Position numbers and translations under genes: made by a program. Shown piece by piece: positions 38,060 through 51,660 of a stretch of DNA of 64,000 nucleotides. Each line of letters starts with the position of its first letter. Positions within the stretch are counted from its first letter, which is position 1. The notes beneath the pieces were generated by a model that saw only the letters and a program-made list of their open reading frames with translations, was not told the DNA's origin and made no database searches. Source of the DNA: Octopus bimaculoides (Eukaryota); NCBI RefSeq assembly GCF_001194135.2, contig NC_068986.1:12202871-12266870 (forward strand). Reading direction: 5' to 3'.

Positions 38060-38790
38060 TTAGTGAAGGGGACAGTTCGATTCTACTGCCGTCTTTTGAG
38101 AATCTTGCCGCGATGTAGGTTCATCAGGAATCTTGCACAAAAGGAGGTCAAGTTGTTTATTGAAAACATTTACATCTACTCCATGAAGATTCCTCAGATG
38201 TTTTGGCTAGGCTTTAAAAAACTATGTGTTCTGAATCCCAAGCTATTGCAGTCATGGCCCTCACTCTAGACGGGATTGCTATGACCTTTGGAAAAGTGCA
38301 GTAATGTCTAGTTCGGGGGTCTGGTATATCTCTCGATGCCTAAGTATGGTGCCAACGTCTCCAGGATCTTCTATACGCATATCACTGCATATCTCTCCCT
38401 TCTTCGCTCTAGGGTGTAGAGTCGTAGTTCTTTCAGACTCTTCCTGTAGCTCGGCTGTTCCATTGACGAAACCTTCTTGGTGTAGTACTGCTGAATAGCC
38501 TCAGGTTCCGCTCAAGTGTCCTCCATAGAACCAGCATAGATTCTTGGTCCCTTGTTCTGAAAGTTTTTAGAATCCATCCTGTCATTACCAACATCTTGGT
38601 GACATGTACGCGAAACGAGGCATTGTTGCTCATCTCAATCCCAAGATCACGCACTGTACTTGACTCTGGGATTGTCGGTCCATTTGATCCAAAGCATTGT
38701 TGTTACGGCATGTGAGCAATATCTAACTGATAGCAGAAGGTTTGGAATTTACCTGCATCAAATTGTATGAAATAGGAGCGAAAATTCTCC
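38060..38790 (-). mobile_element. CR1-type LINE, 3' part of ORF2, decayed
   Basis: FDAGKFQ..VRDLGIEMSNNASFRVHVTK..TGWILKTFRTRD.ESMLVLWRTL..SYRKSLKELRLYTLERRRERYAVI..LRNLHGVDVNVF.KQLDLLL.KIPDEP. Confidence 0.85.
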
Positions 38791-39320
38791 AAACTGTTAC
38801 AAACCCTTTCAGAGTATATATAAACTCTGAAAGGCGAGCTATCTCGGAATCAACCGAACGAGGTGGCTACGGAAATTGCAGGAACTGACTGCTCAGTCCA
38901 AGGAACTTTCGGTTCGGTGTTCAGAGCGATTGTAGCCACTATCAGAGTATATGTTATGTGTTTTGTAACAGTACTGAAACATTTTCTTTCCTATTTCTAG
39001 CAATATAGGTGTTACTCAGAGTTCCCCTTCGCCGGACAGATTTGTTTAGAAAAACTGTCCGACGAACAGGAACGTGAAACTCTGAGTAACAGTTTTTGTG
39101 ATATTTTTGCTGCTTTTTAATAAAGCATAATTACTCTACCTCTGGTATTCGAGTACTATTTTCTCCACTTTGTTTCGCACTTATGTGCTTACTGTGGTAT
39201 ATATAAGTATATGCAGAGAAAGAGAGAGAGAGGGAGAGAGAGAGAAAGAAAAAAGAGAGAGAGAGGGAGAGAGACAGAGAGAGAGACAGAGAGAGAGATA
39301 GATAGACAGATAATTATATA

Positions 39321-39367
<47 letters not shown>

Positions 39368-39766
39368 NNNNNNNNNNNNNNNNNNNNNNNNNNNNNNNNN
39401 NNNNNNNNNNNNNNNNNNNNNNNNNNNNNNNNNNNNNNNNNNNNNNNNNNNNNNNNNNNNNNNNNNNNNNNNNNNNNNNNNNNNNNNNNNNNNNNNNNNN
39501 NNNNNNNNNNNNNNNNNNNNNNNNNNNNNNNNNNNNNNNNNNNNNNNNNNNNNNNNNNNNNNNNNNNNNNNNNNNNNNNNNNNNNNNNNNNNNNNNNNNN
39601 NNNNNNNNNNNNNNNNNNNNNNNNNNNNNNNNNNNNNNNNNNNNNNNNNNNNNNNNNNNNNNNNNNNNNNNNNNNNNNNNNNNNNNNNNNNNNNNNNNNN
39701 NNNNNNNNNNNNNNNNNNNNNNNNNNNNNNNNNNNNNNNNNNNNNNNNNNNNNNNNNNNNNNNNNN

Positions 39767-39805
<39 letters not shown>

Positions 39806-39931
39806 GTCATATCCTTGTTTCAGCGTGTGATATGTTACAATGCATTTATTTATGAAACCTTTCTTTTCTGCTTCTGATCTTTCGTTCTCTTTGTATCTCA
39901 TAGCTTCTCTTCTGTTTCCCTCTTTAGTTCT

Positions 39932-39991
<60 letters not shown>

Positions 39992-40052
39992 NNNNNNNNN
40001 NCTTTCTCTTTCTATATCTATCTATACATATATACCTCCCACATATGTATAT

Positions 40053-40099
<47 letters not shown>

Positions 40100-40134
40100 G
40101 ATATAAATATAGATGTAGATATATATATATATAT

Positions 40135-40285
40135 ATACGATGGACTTCTTTTTCAGTTTCCGTCTACGAAATCCACTCACAAGTCTTTGGTCTGCCCGAA
40201 ATTATATTAGGAAACACTTTTCCAGGGCACAACGCAGTGGGACTGGATCAGGAACCATTTGTTTGTGAAGTAAGCTTCTGATCCA
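40135..40285 (-). mobile_element. SINE family B, 5' half, degenerate
   Basis: TACGATGGACTTCTTTTCAGTTTCCGTCTACGAAATCCACTCACAAG..GCAGTGGGACTG. Confidence 0.75.
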
Positions 40286-40962
40286 CGTGCCGCCACATCC
40301 CACGACGTCTACTTTTGTGCAGAATAGATGACATTTCATTCTTCCCTAAATTTTTCTAGTCCTTTTAAAACTACATGACACAGCCTAATCACCTTACATT
40401 TAACCGGCATCGACGTAGGCCTTCAGAACATCTAGTAGGGCCACGTTGATCTCGGCTCTTTTGGGACTAAAACAGACAGCAAAACTATTTACATAGTTAA
40501 AATAAGGAACGCGAAGTTACAATAGATAAATAGCTTGAATTTTTTTGAGGAAAAGGGGTATCATAGATACCTTTATGGTAAAATAAGTTTTCCCTGCACA
40601 TATGCTTCATAATATTGACTAAAGGTAAATTTGGCGTTGGAGATATTTGAAATCAGAACGCAAAGCTTAAATTCACTCGCCTTCCATGAATAATAATTAA
40701 ATGAAAAGATCCTAAAACATACATACATACATACATACGTACATACATACCCCGTTGTTGATGTTGAAATTCCAATGAAGGAGTCTTGGGTCTAGGTTAG
40801 AAACCGGCTCTTCCTTTGTTGGCAAAAGATCTTGAAATAAAACTGAAAAATGACGTATATACACATGCACTCACTCACACACATACACACACACACATGT
40901 ATATATATACACATACACTTACATATGTGCGTATGTGTATGTATGGATACATATGAAGTGAG

Positions 40963-41023
<61 letters not shown>

Positions 41024-41634
41024 TAGAGGGAGAATAAGAAAGAGAAAAAGAGAGAGTAGATGGAAAAAGTTGAAATGCCACCTGCGTGATTTGAACCTTG
41101 CGACCGTTGACAACTACACTAAATCCACTATCTTAGACCTGCAAAATTAATATTAAATTAAGTAGCTACAATAATATTTTAGTGGCCAGTCATTGAGGAT
41201 GTATGTCTACAGAATATTGACGGTATAGTATTGTATATTCAATAATGAATTTAAAAAATATAGATATGGAGAATTATATGAGATAAATTTTCTTTTAACT
41301 ATGTCTGTTCTTCTAAAATTAAGGTGTTAAAACGGAGCAAGTTTAAAGATAACTAAATATATATAAATGATAAAAATCTGAAATACGAAAAGATGTAAAA
41401 TGTAAATCCATTTGAGTCAGTGGCCCGTTTACCATCAGTGTCAAAATACATCGCTAAACATAACTTTTATCGTCAGATAAACACGTAGCAAGCATCAGGG
41501 ATGTTATGTAATTTATTTGAAGCATTGATAATTCAATAGATTTATGTACATGAAACAGCATGAGATTAAAGTAATGATTTTTATAAAATCTATAATTTAC
41601 ATACTAAAGTAAGACAATGCTAACTAATATGTTT

Positions 41635-42240
41635 CAGAGAAACTTCTCAAATAGACATCTGCGCTAAAACCCACGGTTCTCATTCAGAATGACGTCAGCA
41701 GATCGTCAGACACCGCTATTTCGGACTAATTTGGCTTACTCAGGGGTGAACATACACGGATATTTTGAACTACGTCGAGTTCTTCATCACGCTATAGAAA
41801 CTAAGAAACAAAACACCTGCTGGCTTTTGTGGAAGCTGATCAGAAGGTACTTGTCACAGAGGAGGCTATACCAATCAGGCTGAAACATTGGTGTCTGACA
41901 TTATTCAGAGAGTGCTCCCAAGAAAATTTCGTTGAGATAAAATTATTACAGCATTGCTGTACATTTGTATAAACACTGTCTGTGTTACCCACATCGTTAT
42001 TTTAACCAGATGATGAGTCAAATGCGTATATTGATTTCACTTAAGCTTGGCCAACATCCACAGAAATTAGCGAGTTTCATTATTTCTATATTGGAACGCA
42101 AATTTGGACTTAATGCAGAATGTACGGGGATGTTCGTTACTGAGAAGCCCAAATCAAATCGAAAAATCGGTGACAGACGATCTGCTGACGTCATCCTGAT
42201 TGAGTAAACACACAGACTCTCTTAAGAGAGGTTTTTCAAC
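41635..42240. mobile_element. Old foldback or MITE-like element with long imperfect inverted arms
   Basis: CTCATTCAGAATGACGTCAGCAGATCGTC (41679-41707) is inverted at 42176-42204, and weaker complementarity continues inward and outward. Confidence 0.55.
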
Positions 42241-42479
42241 GATGAAATATGAGAGCCAGAGCCTTTCTCTGTTTGTATATACATCAGAAATGCTATATAC
42301 ATCGGTATAATGTTATTCAGCTGCATCTGCACGCAATTTTGCAACAGAAAATAAACAGTGTCAATTGTAAAAACATTAGAAACTATTGACATCTACATTC
42401 AACTCATGAAATTGTCTTTGCCCCGTAAATTTGCCATTAATTTTTCTTTTAAATTGATTGTTTATTGTGCAAACATTTA

Positions 42480-42689
42480 TACTCTTTTACTCTTTTACTT
42501 GTTTCAGTCATTTGACTGTGGCCATGCTGGAGCACCGCCTTTAGTCGAACAAATCGACCCCAGGACTTATTCTTTGTAAGCCTAGTACTTACTTTCTCGG
42601 TCTCTTTTGCCGAAACACTAAGTTACGGGGACGTAAACACACCAGCATCGGTTGTCAAGCGATGTTGGGGCTGGCGGACAAACATATAT

Positions 42690-42740
<51 letters not shown>

Positions 42741-42890
42741 TACGACGGGCTTCTTTCCGTTTCCATCTACCAAATCCACTCGAGGCTATAGTAGAAGACA
42801 CTTGCCCAAGGTGCACGCAGTGGGACTGAACCCGGAACCATGTGGTTGGTAAGCATGCTACTTACGACACTGCCACTCCTACGCCACTCC
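42480..42890 (-). mobile_element. SINE family B, full length
   Basis: Complete head, CORE-like segment, internal microsatellite and tail (ACTCTTTTACTCTTTTACTTGTTTCAGTCATTTGACTG). Confidence 0.9.
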
Positions 42891-43811
42891 TATAGTTCAT
42901 AATTCATTTGATAAAGATTATTTTGGTTTAACTGCAAATAATTCTAAAAGAAAATTTGATCAGCGTCAGTTTCCTTTCGGAAATTCAGAAAGACCTTTGC
43001 GTACAACAATATCAAAATACATATGGTCTTTGGAAAAAACTTATAAAAAAAGATAGCTGTTGCTGTGAACGAGTTTTAGAAAGACAAAATTATGAACTCA
43101 TAATCAGAAGTGATATTTTTAGATATCACAAATCGAAATAATAATGTTTATAAATAATAATAATGTTTTCAAAAAAATCCTTTAGATGAAAGAAAAAAAA
43201 AAAAACAGTCGCGGCTGACAGAGATATGAACCCACATCTTTCAGTAAACAAATTTTGAAATACCTAACGGCCGAAAACTAAATTATCTCGTAATATATTC
43301 ATCCACACCCCAGAAATATCGAGAGATTTCTTCAGTTAATAAGGATAAAGGAATACGTTGATTTTGTAATCATTTTTATATATAAAAAAAGAGTGGATGA
43401 GCGCAGACGTTTTGATACAATAACGCTACAACTACATAAAAATTACATATCTGCTGCTTAACGTGATTTTGCAACGACTTCTATCATTTATCGCATATAT
43501 GACTACAGAATTGTTTCATTTATTACAGTGTCTGCTTAAAAAGTGACTCCAACGGGAAATTAATAATCGCAATTTATATGTGTTCATCGTAATAAACTAT
43601 ACTGTGAAGTAATAATAATATATAATATATAAGTATAAAATATGGGCACACACACACACATATATATATACACACACACACACATATATGCGCACATACA
43701 TATATGTATGCATATATACATTTGTATGTGTATGTGTACATTTGTGTATGAGTATGTCGTCAGATATATAAATGTATCTCTCTCTCTCTCTCTCTATCTA
43801 TCAATCTATCA

Positions 43812-43891
<80 letters not shown>

Positions 43892-44120
43892 NNNNNNNNN
43901 NNNNNNNNNNNNNNNNNNNNNNNNNNNNNNNNNNNNNNNNNNNNNNNNNNNNNNNNNNNNNNNNNNNNNNNNNNNNNNNNNNNNNNNNNNNNNNNNNNNN
44001 NNNNNNNNNNNNNNNNNNNNNNNNNNNNNNNNNNNNNNNNNNNNNNNNNNNNNNNNNNNNNNNNNNNNNNNNNNNNNNNNNNNNNNNNNNNNNNNNNNNN
44101 NNNNNNNNNNNNNNNNNNNN

Positions 44121-44149
<29 letters not shown>

Positions 44150-44167
<18 letters not shown>

Positions 44168-44345
44168 TACAAAGAATATATATACATGTATACACACATA
44201 TATGTACATACTTACATCTACATGTGTATATATATGCATATCAGGGTACAGGACGTTAGAACAATAAACTACAGACAACGGAACGAACACATAGGAAAAC
44301 GGAAAGCCACTTGGAATATCCCTTCATCAGCTGTCTCTATTCTAT
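44150..44345 (-). repeat. Second copy of the young unclassified repeat at 11393-11600
   Basis: Reverse complement is near-identical to 11393-11600. Confidence 0.85.
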
Positions 44346-44379
44346 CTAGACGTATATATACTGTACACATACACATGAC

Positions 44380-44520
44380 AGGCTTCATTCAATTTCCTCC
44401 TATCAAATTTAATTACAAGGCGTTGGTGTGTCCAGGTCTTAGAAGCCACTTATCCAAAGTGCCGCGCAGTGGGACCAAAGTCCAAACCACGTGATTGCAA
44501 TCGAGCTTCTCACCAACCCC
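44380..44520 (-). mobile_element. SINE family B, 5' half, degenerate
   Basis: GGCTTCATTCAATTTCC..CACTTATCCAAAGTGCCGCGCAGTGGGAC. Confidence 0.6.
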
Positions 44521-45231
44521 GCTTTTCGCTTTTTCATTGTCTATTCATTTCTAATCTCTTCATCTTCCATTCACTTTTCAATGTTTCACTCTCAAGAATG
44601 GCTGCCAACCTGAATACTGTTTACAATTTTACAGCCATGTTTGATTTTCTTTCGTTGTTGATCCACACTTCACACCGACTTCAATGGATGTTTACTAAAA
44701 ATATCTAAATAGGTCTGAAATTAATGTTTAATGTTTCTTTGTAATGAAATTTGTTTTCCGTTTTTCTAATCTTCTCCATCGTCACATTCTTTCATTTTAC
44801 CCGTTATTTCGCCTAATTTTGTATTTTTTGTTTGTTTCAGTTGCTTTTTCATTCCAATTTACCTCCCTTGTTTAAATCCTTTCTCCGATTAAACAATTGA
44901 TTTCGTCTCTTCATTCATTTCGTTGTTCTTACTGTTGTCAATGTTTAATGTTGTTGTTGTCGTTCTTGTTCTTGTTCTTCTCCGCCCCTCCCTCTTCTCC
45001 GCCCCTCCCTCTTCTCCGCCCCNNNNNNNNNNNNNNNNNNNNNNNNNNNNNNNNNNNNNNNNNNNNNNNNNNNNNNNNNNNNNNNNNNNNNNNNNNNNNN
45101 NNNNNNNNNNNNNNNNNNNNNNNNNNNNNNNNNNNNNNNNNNNNNNNNNNNNNNNNNNNNNNNNNNNNNNNNNNNNNNNNNNNNNNNNNNNNNNNNNNNN
45201 NNNNNNNNNNNNNNNNNNNNNNNNNNNNNNN

Positions 45232-45349
45232 TATCGATCCCGAAAGGATAAAGGGTAAAGTCGACCTCGGCCGAAATTGATCTCAGACCATGAAAACGGA
45301 CGAAACACCGATAGCCCGGCGTGCTAACGATTCTGGCAGCTCACCGCCT
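45232..45349 (-). mobile_element. SINE family A, 5' half (gap-truncated), abutting (AAT)n
   Basis: ATCGATCCCGAAAGGAT..GTCGACCTCGG..GTGCTAACGATTCTGGCAGCTCACCGCC. Confidence 0.85.
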
Positions 45350-45418
45350 CAATAATAATAATGATAATAATAATAATAATAATATTAATAATAATAACAA
45401 TAATAATAATAAAAATAA

Positions 45419-45471
<53 letters not shown>

Positions 45472-45603
45472 TGATGATAATAATAATAATAATAATAATC
45501 TTTATCCACATCTCTTATCATTCACTCGCCCCAGGACACTGGGTGTTACTCGGCAAGTGACTAACAAAGCTGCAGATTAAAAACGGTAATAGTAATAATA
45601 ATA

Positions 45604-45822
45604 ATCTTTCCTATTATAGATACAAGGCCTGAAATTTGAAGGAGGGGGGGAATAGCCGATTACATCGACCCCAGTACTCACCTGGTACTTAATTTATCGA
45701 CATCGAAAGGATGAAAAGCAAAGTCGACCTCGGCGGAATTTGAACTCAGACCGTAAAGAAAGACGAAATACCGTTAAGCATTTCGCCTGGAGTGCTAAAG
45801 ATTCTGCCAGCTCGACGCCTTA
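45604..45822 (-). mobile_element. SINE family A, full length, (AAT)n on both sides
   Basis: AATCTTTCCTATTATAGATACAAGGCCTGAAATT...GATTCTGCCAGCTCGACGCC. Confidence 0.9.
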
Positions 45823-45851
45823 ATAACAATTGTAATAATAATAATAATAAC

Positions 45852-46013
<162 letters not shown>

Positions 46014-46374
46014 AATAATAATAATAATAATAATAATAATGCTTTCGTTTCATTCTTTTGATTTTCGTATTTTTGTTCTTCTTTCAAATGTTTTATTATT
46101 TTCTTTCATCCTGATTTCGATGCGAGATTAAAGAAAAAAGTTTTTAATGTATTAAAACGCATTTTATTTGCTTCTGTTTTGCCATTTCTTCGATTTTTGT
46201 TCGTTTTGCTTCTCGTTTGTCGTCTTTTCCTTCGCCATATTCCCTTCTATGCGATTCCTAATTTTTCTTCACTTTCATTTCAGCACGCCATCCATTTTAC
46301 TCTTGTCATTTTTCTGCACACTTAACATCAATCACAATAATGCCGGCATTTGTGTCTTGGACAATGCTCTCGTA

Positions 46375-46605
46375 GTCATCATCATCCTCACCATCACCAT
46401 CACCATCATCGTCGGCGTCATCTTCACGATCACCATCATCAACATCATCATCACTGTCATCATCATCACCATCATCATCATCACCATCATCATCACCGTC
46501 ATCATCATCATCACTATCATCATCATCATCATCATCATAATCATCACCATCATCATCATCATCCTCATCCTCACCATCATCATCATCGTCGGCGTCATCA
46601 TCCCC

Positions 46606-46637
<32 letters not shown>

Positions 46638-47452
46638 CATCATAATCATCACCATCATCATCATCATCATCGTCATCATCATCATCACCATCATCATCAC
46701 GATCATCACGGTCATCATCATCACCACCACCGCCGCCGCCGCCGCCAACACCCCCACCACCATCTTTGTCGATGTCGGTGTCTCCGTCAGCTTCGTCGTC
46801 GTTGTCATCCTCATCATCATCATCATCAGTATCAGCAGCACCAGCATCTGCAGCAGTAGCAATAGCGTCGTCATCAAAAACTCCATCTCCTCCTCCTCCT
46901 CCTCCTCCTCCTCCTCGTCATCATCACTGTCATTATCATCTTGGTTGTGGTGGTGGTGGTGGCGGTTGTGGTGGTGGTGGTGGTTGTCGTCGTTCTCGTT
47001 GAAGTCATCGAAGTCATCACGGCTGACATTATCAATGCAGTCATTTACCTCCCCGTCGTAGTCGTCGACGTTGTCATCATCGTCGTCGTCGTCCTTCTCT
47101 TTTCACCATCATCATCATCATCATCATCGCCATTGTCATCATCATCATCATCATCATCATCATCTCCATCATCATTATCACCATCATCATCATCACCATC
47201 ATCACNNNNNNNNNNNNNNNNNNNNNNNNNNNNNNNNNNNNNNNNNNNNNNNNNNNNNNNNNNNNNNNNNNNNNNNNNNNNNNNNNNNNNNNNNNNNNNN
47301 NNCCATCATCATCATCATCATCATCGCCATTGTCATCATCATCATCATCATCATCATCATCTCCATCATCATTATCACCATCATCATCATCACCATCATC
47401 ACCACTATCGTCGTCATCGTCGTCGTCGTCCTTCTCTTTTCATCATCATCAA

Positions 47453-47487
<35 letters not shown>

Positions 47488-47628
47488 CCATCCACAGCAG
47501 CCTTAGCATTAGCAGCAGCAGCATGGCCACCGACGTCATCATTACCATCATCATCATCATCAACATCCACAGTGGCAGCAGTATTAGCCTTAAAACTAGC
47601 AGCATCAGCAGCATCGCCGCTGTCGTCG

Positions 47629-47665
<37 letters not shown>

Positions 47666-47690
47666 TATCATCGTCGTCCTCATCATCCTC
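46375..47690. repeat. Long degenerate trinucleotide block (CAT/CAC/CGT/CAG/CCT/GGT)
   Basis: Direct inspection; several frames give homopolymeric pseudo-ORFs. Confidence 0.9.
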
Positions 47691-48717
47691 AAAGGCCAAG
47701 ATGAGAGCATCTACTGCGTTGTTCGACCAGCTAGGTATAGGAACTAAATTCCCTCCATTCTAAAAAAAAAAAACGAAGAAAAAAATGCAAGAAATATTGG
47801 GCAAAATAGCCCAATAAATATACTAAAAGAGGTAAAGGTCACAGTTGGAAAGGCTATGATTAATGACCTGTTTAACAAATGCAAAGTGGTGAAAAAGGAA
47901 ATACCAGTTCAGTACTGAGATCTAGCGTTCTCTGTAGATCTTTCCCTCATTTTCTCTTTCTCTATCAGGAAGAAATTGGCTCTGGCCATACACAGAAAGC
48001 GATACGCTCCCCCAGATTGAACCCCCTGAGAGACACCAATAAGCAAGATTCCATCGTCACGACAGGGTTCATAGCTCAAGGCATGGCATATGCATGTGTA
48101 TACGTATATGTGTGCATGTATGTGCATGTGTGTGTATGTATATATGTATGTATGCATGTATGTATGCATGCATGCATGTATGTATGCATACATGCATGTA
48201 TGTATTTTTTGTATGCCTGTATATTTGTGTACATGCGTTCATTCATACATGTATGAATGCATTACGCATGTATGTAGGTTTATGTATGCATATGTGTACA
48301 TGTAGGTTTATGTATGCATATGTGCGCACGTGTGCATACATGTATATGCATATGTATATATGTGCGTACGTACGTACGTACGTACCTGCGCACGCACGGA
48401 TGCTTATATGCATGCACGAATATTTGAACGTAAGTTTGTATGATTTACAGTCGGAATCAGTATGACAATTGGTGATGAGGTTGAACCTTTAACTAACCTT
48501 TAACCTTCTGCCTCAATTTCGCTCCCACAGTACGGATCGACCTCAGGATAGAGAAAATGATACTTGCCAGCAAGATCGAAACAGACCTTATTAATGCGAT
48601 GCAAACTTCTTAACTATATGGCCATACTTCATCTCACAAAAACGAAAAAATTCTCCCGTATATGTTATATATTTTAAAGTGTAACGGAATTTTGATTTTA
48701 ATATTTCAACTGTTTAA

Positions 48718-48935
48718 GGCGGCGAGCTGGCAGAAACGTTAGCACGCCGGGGGAAATGCCCCATCTGCGAGGTCATGCGCTGTTTATCTTGATATGAGAT
48801 CACCATGTCGTGCACATATGGTTGTGATGCATGCGCCTGGTGTACCCTTATCAGACGAGTAGTCATGATGGGTATAATGAGCTTCGTATATTTTACCCCA
48901 GTGTCACTTTGATGGCATGCACTGCTCTCTCACTC
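48718..48935 (+). mobile_element. SINE family A head fused to an unrelated repeat that ends in an (AAC/AAT)n tail
   Basis: GGCGGCGAGCTGGCAGAAACGTTAGCACGCCGGG switches near 48758 to a different body ending GGCATGCACTGCTCTCTCACTC-(AAT)n. Confidence 0.55.
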
Positions 48936-48959
48936 AATAACAACAACAACAACAACAAC

Positions 48960-49022
<63 letters not shown>

Positions 49023-49241
49023 NNNNNNNNNNNNNNNNNNNNNNNNNNNNNNNNNNNNNNNNNNNNNNNNNNNNNNNNNNNNNNNNNNNNNNNNNNNNNN
49101 NNNNNNNNNNNNNNNNNNNNNNNNNNNNNNNNNNNNNNNNNNNNNNNNNNNNNNNNNNNNNNNNNNNNNNNNNNNNNNNNNNNNNNNNNNNNNNNNNNNN
49201 NNNNNNNNNNNNNNNNNNNNNNNNNNNNNNNNNNNNNNNNN

Positions 49242-49463
49242 TATAATAAAAAAAAATATTCAGACAAATACATAACAAAAACACCAGGACTTACAAGTAT
49301 ATATAACACAGAAAATTGTACTACAGGGCACTGCACACATCCTACGCAAAACACTTTCAATACAGTAACCATAAGAGCATCACAGCAAACCACAGCACAT
49401 ACCCAAGGCACATAGAGCTGCGCTCGGTAGTGAAGTGAAAGCACGCTATAAAAATAAAACTAG

Positions 49464-49465
<2 letters not shown>
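49242..49465 (+). mobile_element. R4/Dong-like 3' end between (AAT)n tracts
   Basis: SDKYITKTPGLTSIYN..KIVLQGTAHILRKTLSIQ* plus 3' UTR, then (AAT)n. Confidence 0.85.
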
Positions 49466-49537
<72 letters not shown>

Positions 49538-50844
49538 TAAAATGTCCCAAACACTAATTTGCGTGAAAAACCTCAACTGAAGGCCCGAGTATATATAAAC
49601 TGATGGAATTATAGTGTATTAGGCTGCATAAATTTACAATGATGCATGTTCCTATATCACTGAACCACTTGATAACTGGTAAACAATTATTCCATACTGA
49701 AAACAGAAATAACTTCCCTAATACTGAAAATAATGGAATCTAAAATATTTCTAATGACACCATCTCTTGCAACATTTCTCGGAAATTTATTAATTTCAAA
49801 CAAAGTTGTGATCTTTGAAAGTTATATAAGATTTATATGATGCAACCTAATATTTAAGTGGATTGCAAATTAATAGAATAATAAATGTTTGTACAACCAG
49901 CATAAGAAGAATAAAGAGGAATTTGTCCATAACATTTTCTAAACTTTTGTTTATTAAGCTGATTTGTACTGGAAATAGGAAAGCATCGCGAGTTTCTGCA
50001 TATGAACAATACACGAGAACTAAAAAGATGATTATTCAACTAGTTTACTGACGGTTGTCGCCAATCAAATTTCGATGATAAATAATATTGCCATCTCCAT
50101 GAATATTTTCTGTACGTATTATCACGCTGATTCTTCAATTCAATTGTTTGAATTATCGACTGCATAAAACTCAGAGTGATTTAGAAAACTCCAGATTCTT
50201 ATAAACTGTAGAAGACACTCTTGTTTATGTAGTAATTCATCTTCGTTGTATACACAGGACTTTACCAACACACCACATATGTATATATATATATATATAT
50301 ATATATNNNNNNNNNNNNNNNNNNNNNNNNNNNNNNNNNNNNNNNNNNNNNNNNNNNNNNNNNNNNNNNNNNNNNNNNNNNNNNNNNNNNNNNNNNNNNN
50401 NNNNNNNNNNNNNNNNNNNNNNNNNNNNNNNNNNNNNNNNNNNNNNNNNNNNNNNNNNNNNNNNNNNNNNNNNNNNNNNNNNNNNNNNNNNNNNNNNNNN
50501 NNNNNNNNNNNNNNNNNNNNNNNNNNNNNNNNNNNNNNNNNNNNNNNNNNNNNNNNNNNNNTACATGACCGAACGCAGCGTCACCAATTTGTAAGTAGTT
50601 ATCGTAACTTTATATTTTCCGACGCTACTCTATCTCTTTCTCTTTCTCTTCCTCTATCTTTTTCCCCCTCTCGTTCTTCCTCTTTACTACTACGTATCTC
50701 GCTTTAACCCTCTCGTTCTTCCTCTGTTACTACTACGTATCTCTTTTTCCCCCTCGTACTTCCTCTCTTTCTCTTTTCCTCTCGTTGCTCACCTATTTTT
50801 CTACTTCCTCTCTTTGTTTCTCCCTCTACCACTCTCTCTCTTCC

Positions 50845-51446
50845 CCTTACATCAAAAGTAGGTCATAGTGACTGTTTAGTGGTCTGCGGCCGGTCTCATC
50901 CATCACAGCTTTTTGGATCCAGGCAAAACCATTACGGTGGAGAAGTACTGTCAGCAAATGGATGAAATGCATAAGAAACTCCGACAACAACAGCCAGCAT
51001 TGGTCAATAGAAAAGGACCAATTCTTCTCCACGACAACGCTGGGCCGCACGTTGCACAACTGACCCAGCACAAGTTGAACGAATTGGATTTCGAAACTCT
51101 GCCTCATCCACCATACGCACCAGACCTCTCGTCTACCGACTACCACCTTTTCAAGCATCTCGACAACTTCCTGTGTGAGGAATGCTTCAAAAACCAAGAC
51201 GATGCCAATCACGCCTTCAACGACTCTATTGACACCAGAACGCAGGAGTTTTACCCTACTGGCATAATTAAACTTGTTTCACGTTGGCAAAAGTGTGTTG
51301 ATTCTGATGGTGTTTATTTCGATTAATAAAGTTTTGTTTGAGCCGAGATATGCGCATNNNNNNNNNNAATAAAGTTTTGTTTGAGCCGAGATATGCGCAT
51401 CTGAATTTAAAGGTTAAAAACCACAAGAACTTTCTTGACAACCTAA
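50845..51446 (+). mobile_element. Mariner (SETMAR/Hsmar1-like) transposase C-terminal half with 3' TIR
   Basis: TITVEKYCQQMDEMHKKL..NRKGPILLHDNAGPH..LPHPPYAPDLSSTDYHLF..LVSRWQKCVDSDGVYFD*, then TIR ..AACTTTCTTGACAACCTAA-TA. 5' part missing. Confidence 0.92.
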
Positions 51447-51499
51447 TATATATATATGCACTAGACTCATACACGTACACACACACACATTTACTTTTA

Positions 51500-51640
51500 A
51501 AGTAGATTCCACAGAGGTCGACTTTGCCTTTCGTCCATTCGGGGTCGATAAATTGAATACGAGTTGCGTACTGGGGTCAATCTAATCGACTTGATCCCTC
51601 CCACCAAATTTTGAGCCTTGTGCCTTAAGTAGAAAATAAT
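51500..51640 (+). mobile_element. SINE family A, 3' part
   Basis: GAGGTCGACTTTGCCTTTCGTCCATTCGGGGTCGATAAA..GCCTTGTGCCTTAAGTAGAAA. Confidence 0.85.
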
Positions 51641-51660
51641 AATTTAAAGAAGAGTACATG

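Noticed and set aside
47105-47402. Duplication of about 100 bp flanking a gap
   Set aside because: Most likely an assembly overlap within low-complexity sequence.
46168-47763. Poly-His/Ile/Met/Ser/Asp ORFs
   Set aside because: Stop-free frames of a degenerate (CAT)n block, with no domain or splice context.
51325-51400. Exact 33-bp direct repeat around a 10-N gap in the mariner 3' UTR
   Set aside because: Typical unmerged contig overlap, so an assembly artefact.
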